A stretch of 64,000 nucleotides of DNA from Lama glama (taxonomy: Eukaryota), in the NCBI GenBank assembly GCA_028534125.1, contig CM052816.1:56670001-56734000 (forward strand). The letters run 5' to 3'. Every line of letters starts with the position of its first letter. The stretch's first letter is position 1. The notes beneath the pieces are model-generated. The model saw only the letters and a program-made list of their open reading frames with translations, searched no databases and was not told the DNA's origin. Positions 49,726 to 60,705 of the stretch are shown here, in pieces. The translations under genes and the position numbers were made by a program.

Positions 49726-51709
49726 ACTGTAGGAGGATTTTTGCATCTGTGTTTTGGCTCAGTAATGCAGTAATGCACCAAATAATATTCTAGGGGTGCA
49801 AGAAATGGAAACATTTTTTTCAAGTGCTCTATGCCCAAGGCATGCAAATTTACTACCTTAGGTTGAATTTAAAAATAATGTTTTTAGGGTAATTTCCAGA
49901 CATAGATTCCACCCTTCTACTTTCAGTCTTCCCAAAAACATGTATTTGAGTTGAGCCCACCCAGTCCTTAAAGCACAGTATTTGGAAAGTTACTTAATTA
50001 GTGCAAATAACGGCCATGGTCAAATAATGGTCAAAATCTGAACTTGATCTCCCCTTCTATGAACAGCAAACTTAAGAGTCATTTGTCATAAAGAACAGAG
50101 GTGTCTAGAGTTTTACATATTTAACTCATCTAGTCTTTGCCTTCTTCTGGATTTTCTGGAATAGAAAAGCATTTTAAAACCATGGTAATTTTTAAAGAAA
50201 TGCTTTGTTTCCATTTAAAAGCACCAGAAGAACTCCCATCATAAACATTAGCTGTCTAGGTCTGAACATTGTCCAGGTCTGAAAGCAGCTCAACACTCCC
50301 CAACGGCCAGCAATGCAGAGCTACAGAAAGTACAGTGAGTCTACTGTCGGAATCACTGATGATGCCTTGTTCGGCCCTCCTCCTGTCTTTTCCTATTCCA
50401 TTCTCCCCAACAAGCCTCACAAAACAGATCTCCATGTCTCCTGGGTCTTGGCTCTGCTCTTCTTTATTTTAACGAAGTGTTCTGACTTAGACTTCTTGTT
50501 CCTGTATCCCTTGTGCATGTTCCTGAAATCAAACTTCACACTTTCCTAGAATAACACCACCTCCAAAGAAATTGTCATTAATGTTCCAAGTCTGCAAAAT
50601 AACTTGTATGCCCTATTTAATGATCGATTCATGCTTATACTGTGAAACATTTACAAAATTGTTTCCTGATGGCATTACTGGCAATCACTGTTCTTTTTTC
50701 TCAGGAGCTTTAATGCACAGCATTTTCCTTCTAATGGAAAACACTTATTGTACAAAGCTCAAGGTGTCCTCCGAGCAAAGGAAAATTGGTCTGTCTTGCT
50801 AATTTTGCTCAACTGCACTTCCCATTGTGAGCCACAAAGTGAGCCTCTGGCATAAAAACCAATCTGGAGTTGATATCTGAAGCCAACAATCTCAGTGTTA
50901 CGATTCCCTTTATTACTCCTCATGTACCAATACTGCACCTGAAATAAAAGAACTGAAGTGTGCCCTGGGGGGGGGGTGCACACACACACGCATGCATGAT
51001 GTACATGTGTACACTTGTAATGTAAGAAACCAAACTTACAATTTTTTTTTTAGGTTGTGACTGTTAGAGAAAATAAAGTTGGACTTTATATTCTTACTAG
51101 TAATTAACATATTGGAAATAATCTGTGTTGGTTACGTAGGTAATGCTGACAAGGAACAGAGCAATTGAAGCAATCAGTACAATGCCGATATGATTATATT
51201 AACACAAGATGTGTTATGATCATTAGTCATTAATCAAATACAAGATGTGTTACGGTACGCCCATTCTCTCTGGTGTCTGAACTCGGATTTGCTCTCACAC
51301 TCTTTCTCCCCTGAAGGGCCCCGTGTTAAGGAGTCATGATCTCAGTATCAGCAAGCCCCACGGGAGGACGGGGTGAGTGCCGCCACCTTCACCTCTTCTT
51401 TGAGATGCATTTTGAAGCGTGTTTCTCTGAACAGGATACTACTAGGTATTGATGATAAAAGAATACAGTGGTGAAGCAAGTTGATGAAACACTGGGTTAA
51501 TCAAGTTTTTTTATTAGCAGATTCCTCAGAACTTTTACAGGCTCGCCTGCACTATAAACCTCTGAGAGGGAAAAACTCCATGTGGCCAACCCCAGACTCG
51601 GGGAGATTTCTCTCACAGTGTACTCTGCAGCGTCATGTTCTATGCAACACACTCTGGGGAAGGGTGCACTAGCGATGCTCAATCTCTGGTAGACTCAGAC
51701 AGACAGACA

Positions 51710-52790
51710 GTAAATGACCAAGGTGCCAGAATAAATCAGGGGTGGGAAGCTGGAAATGGGTGAGGTTTTCCAAAGTCAGAAACTTTTAACCCTGTATATA
51801 ATGTCTAGAGAGGACTTGGGTTATCACCATCAATAGCTGCTAACACCATTAGAGAAAAGCTGATGGGGAACTTTTTGGAGGGAGGGGATTGAACCTAGGA
51901 CCCCATGCATGCCAAGCACGTGCTCTACCACAGAGCTACACCCACCATCCCCCAACCCCCAAACTTTATAATGGATGAATCAAGCTGACAACATCTGAAT
52001 CCATGGATCAATCTTAATATCACAAAAAGAGAAACAGACATGGCAAGCCTCCTGATGGGATGCACAGGAAATATACAACATATATCATTTAGGAAATAGA
52101 CAACCCTATCTATGAAGATCTTTCATGTCAAAAAAAAAAGCCTGTATCTAGTCAAACATCAAATACCTATTCCCCAGTTGATAGGAAATACAGCCAGAGA
52201 AGATTATGTTAAATGACACCATATGGATGAAATCAGCAAAATCTAGAACGCAGAAAATTTTTCAAAAGAAAAATATAATTTTTTTCAGAAAAAAATATCT
52301 TTTCAGCAAATAAACAACCCAGTCTTTTCAAGATTTATAAATCTTTTGTAAGTTTTTTTTAAGGCAAGGGAACCTTAGATTAAAGGAGACTTTTAAGAGA
52401 TACAAATCAAATGCAATATATCAAATTATTTGGATCCCATTTTGAACAAACCAAGGGAAAAAAATTGAGACAATCAGAGAAATGCAAGTACTGACAGTAT
52501 GATTTTAAGTAAAAATTGTTAAGGTTTCTAAGGTATAAAAATGATACTGTGGTGACGTAAAAAAAAAAAGAGTGTGCATCTTTAAGAGAAAGATACTGGA
52601 GTATTTTTGGATGAAATGATGGGATGTTCTGGATCTGCTTTAAGGAAGCCTAACATGAGAGGAGAGAAGAAAAGGCACTGATGAACCAGGGTTGGCTGTG
52701 TGCTGGTAATCGTTAAAGCTGGGAGGTCATTAAATCATTCTCTCTACTTTTGTATATATGTTTGAAACATTCTATGATAAGTTTTTTAAA
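51710..52790 (+). mobile_element. L1MC4/5-like 3'UTR, interrupted by a Vic-1 SINE
   Basis: gatcaatcttaatatcac...cctcctgatgggatgca...aaatcagcaaaatctaga...tagattaaaggagactt..gaga...aaatgcaat...tctacttttgtatatatgtttgaaa. Confidence 0.75.
51875..51961 (-). mobile_element. Vic-1 SINE (tRNA-like head with minimal tail)
   Basis: Minus strand gggtgtagctctgtggtagagcacgtgcttggcatgcatggggtcctaggttcaatcccc. Short direct repeat aacttt on both sides. Confidence 0.85.
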
Positions 52791-53440
52791 AGTCCATAGT
52801 CTTCCATATATTTGGAATATAAAATTCTAAAGGTTTCTCTATTATTCCAATAGCCAAGCTTTTGTATGTTTGATATAAACAGAACATTGCGGCAATAAAT
52901 CAGATGCCTCTTCTGGATGCTGAGTGTGTTTATATCAAGTTTAATGTGACTGTATGACAAGTCATTGGCAAGTGCTGTGTATGGGTTCATGTCTATTTAG
53001 AAAGATACACAATTCAAAGAACCTATTCCATAAAATAGATGAGGTTCATTTGAGTTTATAGCTATCCATAAAAATGATACAGATTCAGGTATGGTCTTTG
53101 CTCTTGCCTAGAAAGGCTAACATATCCTAAGTGAAATGTAATTCAGAAAAGATCTCATTTTATACCCTAGGTGTATTTGTCCTTGGCCAAAATGAATTGA
53201 TAAGGTTCTTTCAGAATTTAGTTTCCTATTCTTTAGCCTTTTGAGTTTACATAAAGCTAAAAAGTAATATTTTTTTAAGAAATAGGAACTAAAAGTAGCA
53301 CGTCTAGTCCAGCAACATCAAAGTCAACTTCAGTTCATAATAATAGTAGGTATCAATAGATACTGTCAAATGAACAGTGAATACATCATTCAAAAATTCT
53401 CTCTAATTAGAGTTGTGGGAATCGCGAATTTGAAATTCTT

Positions 53441-53790
53441 TTTTTTTTTGTATATATATTTTTATTGAAGTATAGTCAGTTTACAATATTGTGTCAATTT
53501 CTGGTGTACAGCATAATGCTTCAGTTGTACATATAATATATTCGTTTTCATATTTTTTTCACCATAAGTTACTACAAGATATTGAATATAGTTCCCTGTG
53601 CTGTACAGGATGTATGTGTTGTTTATCAGATTTTGTGAGAATTCTCCTGTATTTCAAAGCAAGAGACACTCTGCCAGAGTTCAGTAGGTGTTCTTTGTGA
53701 TTCAGTGGGATTGTAGGTGTAATTCTCGGTCTATTTGTGGGACAGGGCGAGCTGTGAGTCTCCCTACTCTGCCATCTTGGTACCTCCCCC
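53441..53790 (-). mobile_element. Internally deleted (probably spliced) L1: 164 bp of 5'UTR joined to 186 bp of 3'UTR/poly(A), 10-bp TSD
   Basis: Minus strand starts gggggaggtaccAAGATGGCagagtagg (L1 5' end with YY1 motif). It joins at 53627/53626 to ataaacaac...tgtacagcacagggaactatattcaatatcttg...aataaaaa-poly(A). TSD tgaaattctt at 53431-53440 and 53791-53800. Confidence 0.88.
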
Positions 53791-53949
53791 TGAAATTCTT
53801 GTTTAGAAAGTACCTTAAAATTTCATTTCTTGTCTTCTCAGCAGCCTCAAACTGAAAGTGTAGTCAAGATAGAACTACCTGATAGGGCTTCTATCTTTAA
53901 GCCTATTATTATTTGACCTTCAGTCAAACATTAAAGTCAATCTTCACAC

Positions 53950-55200
53950 CAAGCCACAATGGCAGGTACAGCATGATTAGGAAGGAGAGCGCCTAGAACA
54001 AACATGGAGATAAACCTAACCTGAAAACAGAACACAAGAGAAACACAAGAAGCTGAAGAAAACATCCCAAACCATAATATCTTCAAAGATATATTTAATA
54101 GACATTTCAGCCACCAAACAAGATTCCACAAAGTAGGAGCGATAAGAGAATAAGGGAAATCTCTTAAAAATTAAATATATGTTGGCTGATTTAAAAAAAA
54201 AATCAGTAGAATAGTAGGAGGTTAAGGACAAGAAAATCTCCCAGAAAGTAGAACAAAAACATGAAGAAATGGAAATAAAAGGAAAAAAAAAAAAAACAGA
54301 AAAACCAGAGGATCCAAGGTGTCCAATTTATAACTGGAAACTTCTAGTGAAATAAAACTGAAAAGAAGCAATTTATTTTAAAGAAGAAAATATCCCAGGA
54401 TGAAAGGAAACACATTTCTAGATTGAAAGAGACTAATGAATAATTAGTAAAAATGATTTTTAACAAAAGGCCACACTAAGGTGTGTAATCAAATTCATCC
54501 AAGAAGGAGTAAACAGATAATTCTAAAGGTTTCCAAAAAGCAAGAGCAGGTCACAAACATAGGATTAAAATCAGAACAGCATCAGACGTCTCAACAGCAA
54601 CCCAGAGAAGGGGAAGAATCAAACCCTTCAGAATTCTGAAGGAAAATAATTTTGACCTAGGATTCTAAGCCCAGATATGTTATAAAAAACCAAATGTAAA
54701 GGTAGCAAAAATGAATAAATGAAATGAAAAAGACATTTTAACTAACGGGGGAAAATGTGCTTTCATTATACCTTTTCTTAGGAAAGTTTAGAGATATGCT
54801 CCATTAAGTAAAGGAAGATATCACAGAAGAGGAAGGATGGGGCTGAAGACACAGGACCCAACACAGGAGAGGCGTGAAGAGATGTCCCAGGAGACAGCCG
54901 CCCTGCAGGCCTGGATGCAACAAGGGCGTATTAGAACAAGAGGACAGAGGATTCTGAAAGGGATGTTTCCGGAAAGGAAAATGAAGCTGGTGGATTTTGG
55001 AATGTGTTGAGTATATGTAAAATAATATTGATCAATATTGTTGAAAGAAGTAGAGGAACTTGGGAAGAAAACACAGGAGGTGGGAAAAAAATTGAGAATA
55101 CTGAAAAAATAAGGCAGATGGTTAAAGTTTCAGTAGGACAGAACAGAACTGTCAATAACATTATTTTTAGTAGCTTGTGTACATAGAGTTGATTTTTCTC
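53950..55200 (+). mobile_element. HAL1 (half-L1, ORF1-only) element, degenerate
   Basis: A-rich ORF1-like motifs (aaatctcccagaaagtagaacaaaaa, tcagaacagcatcagacgtctcaacagcaa, aattctgaaggaaaataatttt) plus the HAL1-like ccaacacaggagagg...tcccagga.acag...gcaggcctgga. Confidence 0.75.
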
Positions 55201-55339
55201 CACCTTGAAAGAGCTCAGCTCTCACTAATGTCCTTTTCCAATCTTAAAATATCCACATATAACTGTAAATATGATTCCTTGGAAAACTACTTCTCAAAAT
55301 ACAAAATATATTGAGCCCATTCAAAAAGAAGTAATGTGT

Positions 55340-56355
55340 CTGCATAATTAAGATTGGATACTTTTGAAATTCCAATAGACTGGTGTTAGAACAAACCTTT
55401 ATGAACAGGCACTTCAGAGAAGAAGAAACCCAAAAAGCGAATAAATATAAATAACGTGCCAAAGCTCCCTGAAAGAATTGAAAAGAATCGAAAGAATGAG
55501 TTAGCCATTCCATATCCATGATATCAGCAAACTCTAGAAGCCTAACAATAGTAGGTATCAGGGAGAACCTGGAGAAACTGGAACTCATATATTGCTGAGA
55601 GTCACATGACAATTTTACAGAGAAATCAGTAGTACCCAGGGAAACCAAAGACATCCCTGCCACTTCTAGGTGTTTATAATCTAAATAAACTCTCATTCAT
55701 GTGCACAAGGAAATGTGCATAAAAGGATGTTTACTGAGAATCATTTGTAATAGAAACAAATTTAGAAACATCCTAATTACTTATTAGTAGGATAACGAAT
55801 ATACTGTTTGTTTACTAATTAAATAGTACACAGTAGTTTAAAAATTAACTGTTCTACATGTATGAATATGCATGTTGCATGAAAAAAATAAGTTGCAAAT
55901 AGACACACACACACACACACAAATATATGGGGGGGAGAGAGGGAGGGGCAGGCCAGTCTATACTATCACTACATTATATGTATCCCTAAACAATATATCT
56001 TTTTTTGTTGTTTTTCACTACCTATGTATGTATCCATCAATGATAAACAATGTATTTTTTGTTTGTTAAACAAAGCAAACATATGATATATTGTTTACAG
56101 ATACATAAGTGTTTAAATGGCATAAAAACATACTACGGAAATGATATACACCAATTACAGGAAATTGATTAATTCTGAATAGGAAAGAAAGAGAAAGATA
56201 AGGGGGAGGGATTTTATACCTAATATTTCTTTAAAAAAAAAAAAGGGCAGAGAGATCTCTGAAGCATATATGGTAAAAGGTTAACTTCCGTTAAATGCAC
56301 GCCTGATAACGTATTTTCTATGCTTTTTCGCAAGTTTGAAATTTTTCATAATTAA
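55340..56355 (+). mobile_element. L1ME-type ORF2 end and 3'UTR
   Basis: atgaacaggcacttcagagaagaagaaacccaaa..gcgaataaatata...tggagaaactggaactc...catgtgcacaagga...tttgaaatttttcataatt. Confidence 0.75.
55903..55921. repeat. (CA)n microsatellite
   Basis: acacacacacacacacaca. Confidence 0.85.
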
Positions 56356-56374
56356 AACTTTTATGTTACAACTG

Positions 56375-56772
56375 CATTAAAAGACAGCAATGACTGCAAC
56401 ATGTGGTCTTTATTTGCATCCTGAGTCAAAAAGAAAAAAACTAGAAAAAGGACACACGTACGACAGTTATAAAACAACTGGAAATTTAAACCCTGACTAT
56501 ATGTTGATATTGTGGAATTTTTGGTAATTTTTTCCTAGGTGTGATAATAGTTTTAAAAAGAGAGCCTTATCTTTTAGAGACATATACTGAAATGTTACAT
56601 ATCAATAAATGTTTACATATGATTTTCAGAATTTGCTTCAAAATAATGCAGGGTGTGTGTGGTTGAGGGGACAGCCAGGAATCTAGAGGGAACGTTTCTG
56701 ACACTGAGCGATGGTACATGAGTGGCTCTCACACTCCTCTGCTTCATGTTGTACATGTTTGAAACTGTCCAC
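56375..56772 (+). mobile_element. L1MC/ME 3' fragment
   Basis: taggtgtgataatagt...ccttatcttttagagacatatactgaaat...atttgcttcaaaataat...tgtacatgtttgaaa. Confidence 0.7.
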
Positions 56773-58869
56773 CCATTCAGGTAGGCAAGAAATACATCAA
56801 GCTCAAATTTTACATCAAAACAAATTAAGATGTCCCAACCTCACAGTCCCTGTTAAGAGGTAGGCATGGCTTTTTGAGATTTTCCTGAATTAAATGACGT
56901 GTGGGTCTCCAGCTACAAGGACAGGGCAGTATTTTCATAGCATTGAATTCCTCTTAAGGATGTGAGAGACCAGGGACTTCTAAATACCATGGCAATAAAA
57001 CTGGAAATGGCCTGCTGTGACCCTACCCACATTGAAAGAGTTATGCTTCTCATTTTGCTGAAAGAATTGAATTCACTTCTCTGCCAGGTGAATAATGCAG
57101 GAAATCAAGCTAGGAATTTTAATGCTGCATTTACTTCTTACTGGTTCAGCAGAGGGAAAAGCAGCTGTTTAAATTCATCAGCATACAAGATCCAGTGTTT
57201 CTGTTTAAACCAGAAAAGGGCAAGCAATTAGCTCAAACACACCCAAGCTAATTAGTTCTACCTACTTCTTAATAATTATGTTATTACCAGACTTTAAAAA
57301 AATGGCACTCAATTCTTTCAAGGTATACAAATGAGCGTATTTTTCTCTTGACCTACCACAAAATTATGAGAACTCAAAATGATGCCTTTTTCTGTCCCGA
57401 GAAATTGGTATGTACGGTTTTCAGAGCAACAGAGAATTTCTTCTTTTTAAAAACAAGAACCACTTTGTAACTCTTTGAAGTAGCATTTGCTAAGAAACCA
57501 AAGCCTGAAATATCTTTTCTGACTGCAGCCTCAAATTTATGTCGCTCAAAAATGATTCTAATTTTAAAAGTACAACATAATATATAGAAAACTGTTTTTG
57601 TTCAGTGGAGATTTTCACACACTTAGCATTCTTTCCATATTTATGTTTGCTATCAGAGTAAAGATGACTATATTACATTTCTGGAAATTAAACTTAAATA
57701 TTTTCAGAAATTGTACCATAAGAGAAGGAGGCAGTTTGCAGAAGAGAGACAAAATTAGGACTTTAAATTACCGAAACAGCAATCAAGAGAGAACATACAT
57801 CACAAGAGAAAACACTTCTCCCCTTGGAGGTCTCCCTTCCTGCAGGTGAACGTCAATTGTCTTATGCATACAAGCATCACATGCAGCTACTCTAAATGTT
57901 AATATTTGTGCTTCCCGATAGGCTGGTGACCTGTAACCAACACTGGAGCCCAACGAAAGCTAATTTCCTTTTAATTATCTGCCTGGTGACACAAATCCCC
58001 AAGTTAGTATATATCCTCCTCGTTTTAGACAGATCTCGTCCTTCTGTAAACAATTCTTCTTAAGAAGGAGCCATAGTATCACCATATAATTTAACTTCTC
58101 TTTAGTTGAATCGGCCACCAAGAGCAAAGAACAAGTAGCCTCAGCTACTCGACTAGTGACCAGTGGCCCCAGCTCCTTCCAGGCCACGAGGGCCTAAGCA
58201 CACTGCCCTCCGAAAGCCTATTACGTCACAGAATAGGAAGGTGCCACCACAGACAACTACAAAGAAGGCAGGATAACCTGCCCAACCACGAATGCAGACC
58301 GTCCACAGGTGGACACCACTTCGGAGAGAGTGTTTCCATGCAGGGTGGCCAAGACAGGCTTCAGAGCACAGAAAGAATCTGAATGGAGCCTGGCTGGCCA
58401 GAATGTCAACAGGGAGAGGTGGCCTCATGTGGCGGTGGCCCAGGTGGAGTTCCCCACTACTGCGAAGGGGAGAAAATACTAGATGCTGTCAGCAAAGGGA
58501 ATGTCGGGTTCTGGAGGAAATACGAGTTTGTGCACATCAAGAAGAGGCGTGGACGTGTGTTGGAAGAGTAGGTCATGGAGCATCTTGAATGGGAACGTTG
58601 GGAGATTTAACTTTAGGAGGTAAGCCTGGCAGCTACTGGTGGTCAGGACCCTTCTATGGTCCCTTGTTGATCTATATACTTGGCTTCACCTACACATGTA
58701 GGTCCAAGGGCAGGGGCAGAAGGGAGCTGTTATTCCCCATTTTTTTTTTTCTGCTTGGAAAGAGTCCACATTTAGCCAGTCAAGTTTCCATCCCTTTGAT
58801 GGACAAAGCATTAATTTTTTTTCCAGTTAGTAGAGGGTGTGTTGGAATGAAAACTGTTTTAAGCTTCTT

Positions 58870-59760
58870 GTCCATTCATTCTTCAACAAACACTGAGGGC
58901 CTAGTATGCGCCCTGTGCTGGGTTGGACACCAGGGAAATCGAGTTGAACATGATCTCGTCTCAGCACCCAGGAAGTTTACCGTCTGTACAGGCACTTTGA
59001 AAACTGTTTCAGTTTCTTAAAAGTTAAATAGGCATCTATTCCAGGAGGAATTCTATTCCTAGGTATTTAGCCACGAGAAACAAAAACATAATTCACAAAA
59101 AGTCCTGGACAAGAATGTCTATAGCAGCTTTATTCCTAAGAGCCAAAGACTAGAAATAAGCCAGGTGTCCATCCACAGAAGACTGGGAAGTAACTGGGGT
59201 AAATTCATCAACGCAAGATTCCTCAGTCATAAAAGGGGACCAACTATAGATTCATGCCACAGTGTGGCGGCATCTCAGAAACAGTATGCGGAGCAAGAAA
59301 ACCTGGGCACATCAAGGTACACTGTATCTGATTCCATTCTAACCTAGAATAAGCAAAATTAACCTGTGGTGATGGAAAGTAGATGGGTAGTAGGGAAAAC
59401 AAGTGACAAAATATGGTGGAAAGTAATGCAAGGAGCTACTGGACACTGTAAAATCACAAGGAGAGCTCGTAACCCAGATCGGGAGGGTCTGCATAAGCGC
59501 CCGGAAGAAGTAACACTGGAGTCAGGTCTTGAAAGATAAGTAAGAGTTAACCAGGTTGGGAATAAAGGGCAGAGGAGAAGAGACACCTGACAGGGGAAAC
59601 AGATGAACGGAAGGCGGCGCTGGGGGCGGCAGGGAGCAGAGGGGCTGCTTTCACGTACGTGAAGGAACCTCACGTGGCTGGACCACAGGGGGAGAAAGGC
59701 CGGAGCAGCACGAGCGGAGGCTGAGAGATTAGAGGCCAGATCAGGCCTCCAAGCCCAAGC
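58870..59760 (-). mobile_element. L2 fragments (58870-58990 and ~59430-59760) split by an L1 insertion
   Basis: cattcattcttcaacaaacactgagggcctagtatgcgcc, then later gaagaagtaacactggagtcaggtcttgaaagataagtaagagttaaccagg. Confidence 0.7.
58995..59425 (+). mobile_element. L1MB/ME ORF2 end and 3'UTR fragment
   Basis: gtttcttaaaagttaaata...aattctattcctaggtattta.ccacgagaaac.aaaacata...caagaatgt.tatagcagctttattc..aagagccaaa. Confidence 0.8.
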
Positions 59761-60439
59761 ACATAAGCTCTTGTGCTTCTTCAGCGATGACTGACTTCAG
59801 CACTCGGCGCACTTGAATAAGCCCAAGAAAGGTCTCCCAAAAGAAGCCCTAGGAGGACCGGACATGAACCCTTGTCCACAGGCCCCAGTGCTGGCCTGGG
59901 GCCAAGCAAAGCTCTATCATAAACGTACTGTGTTGGATCTGGTTTTCAAGACAACCCACGTGGTAAGTCATGTTGGGATATGTCATTTGGATTTCAGTTG
60001 TTCCTACAGGAGGAAAACATACATTTGAAGGGTGTGCCACACACAATGAGCTGCTTTCAACACCCACTCACAGCAGTGGGTTTTTTCCAGTGTATTTTAA
60101 GGAATAGAAGCCCTGCAAGATTCTGGGCTGCAGAAGAGGATGCTGTGGTTAAATCGGTTTGGGAAGTGCCACGTTCGGAGGTTCACAGTACACAGGAGCA
60201 CAATGGAAGTTTTGAAGAAGCTGTGTAGTCCCCAAACCACCATTTCCCAATATCATCTGACTATGGGAACTTTCCTGTCATGTGCTGTGGAACATTTTTT
60301 GAGAAGTGTCTATTTAGATAATACTCAAATGAGACATAACACATCCTTCAGGTCCCAGAGCAACCATTTTGGAAGCAACCCAGAGGCTCAAGTGACCGCA
60401 TGCACTTCCTGACGATTGACTCCTTTCTTAGCACAAGAT

Positions 60440-60705
60440 GTAACAGTAACAGTGACAATAATTGTGTCTACCAAGCGCTTCCAAAGGTTTCAGAATTTTA
60501 CATTTTGTCTTATAAAATCCTCATACTACCTATAAAGTAGATACTATCAGAAGTCCAATTTTGTAGATGAGGAAACCGAGACACCGCAAGTTTAAACACT
60601 CGCTTAAATGTTCACAGGCGGTAAATGACAGAGGCAGGAATCTGAACCCAGGAGTAATTCCCAGGCCTTCGAGCTCAACCCCCACGCCCGGCAGCCATCT
60701 CCACT
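60440..60705 (-). mobile_element. MIR SINE
   Basis: aaatcctcatactacctataaagtagatactat...ttttgtagatgaggaaaccgagac...aaatgacagaggcaggaatctgaacccagg. Confidence 0.85.

Noticed and set aside
59650..59663. 14-bp palindrome ttcacgtacgtgaa
   Set aside because: Several of this length are expected by chance in 64 kb, and it lies in an L2 relic.
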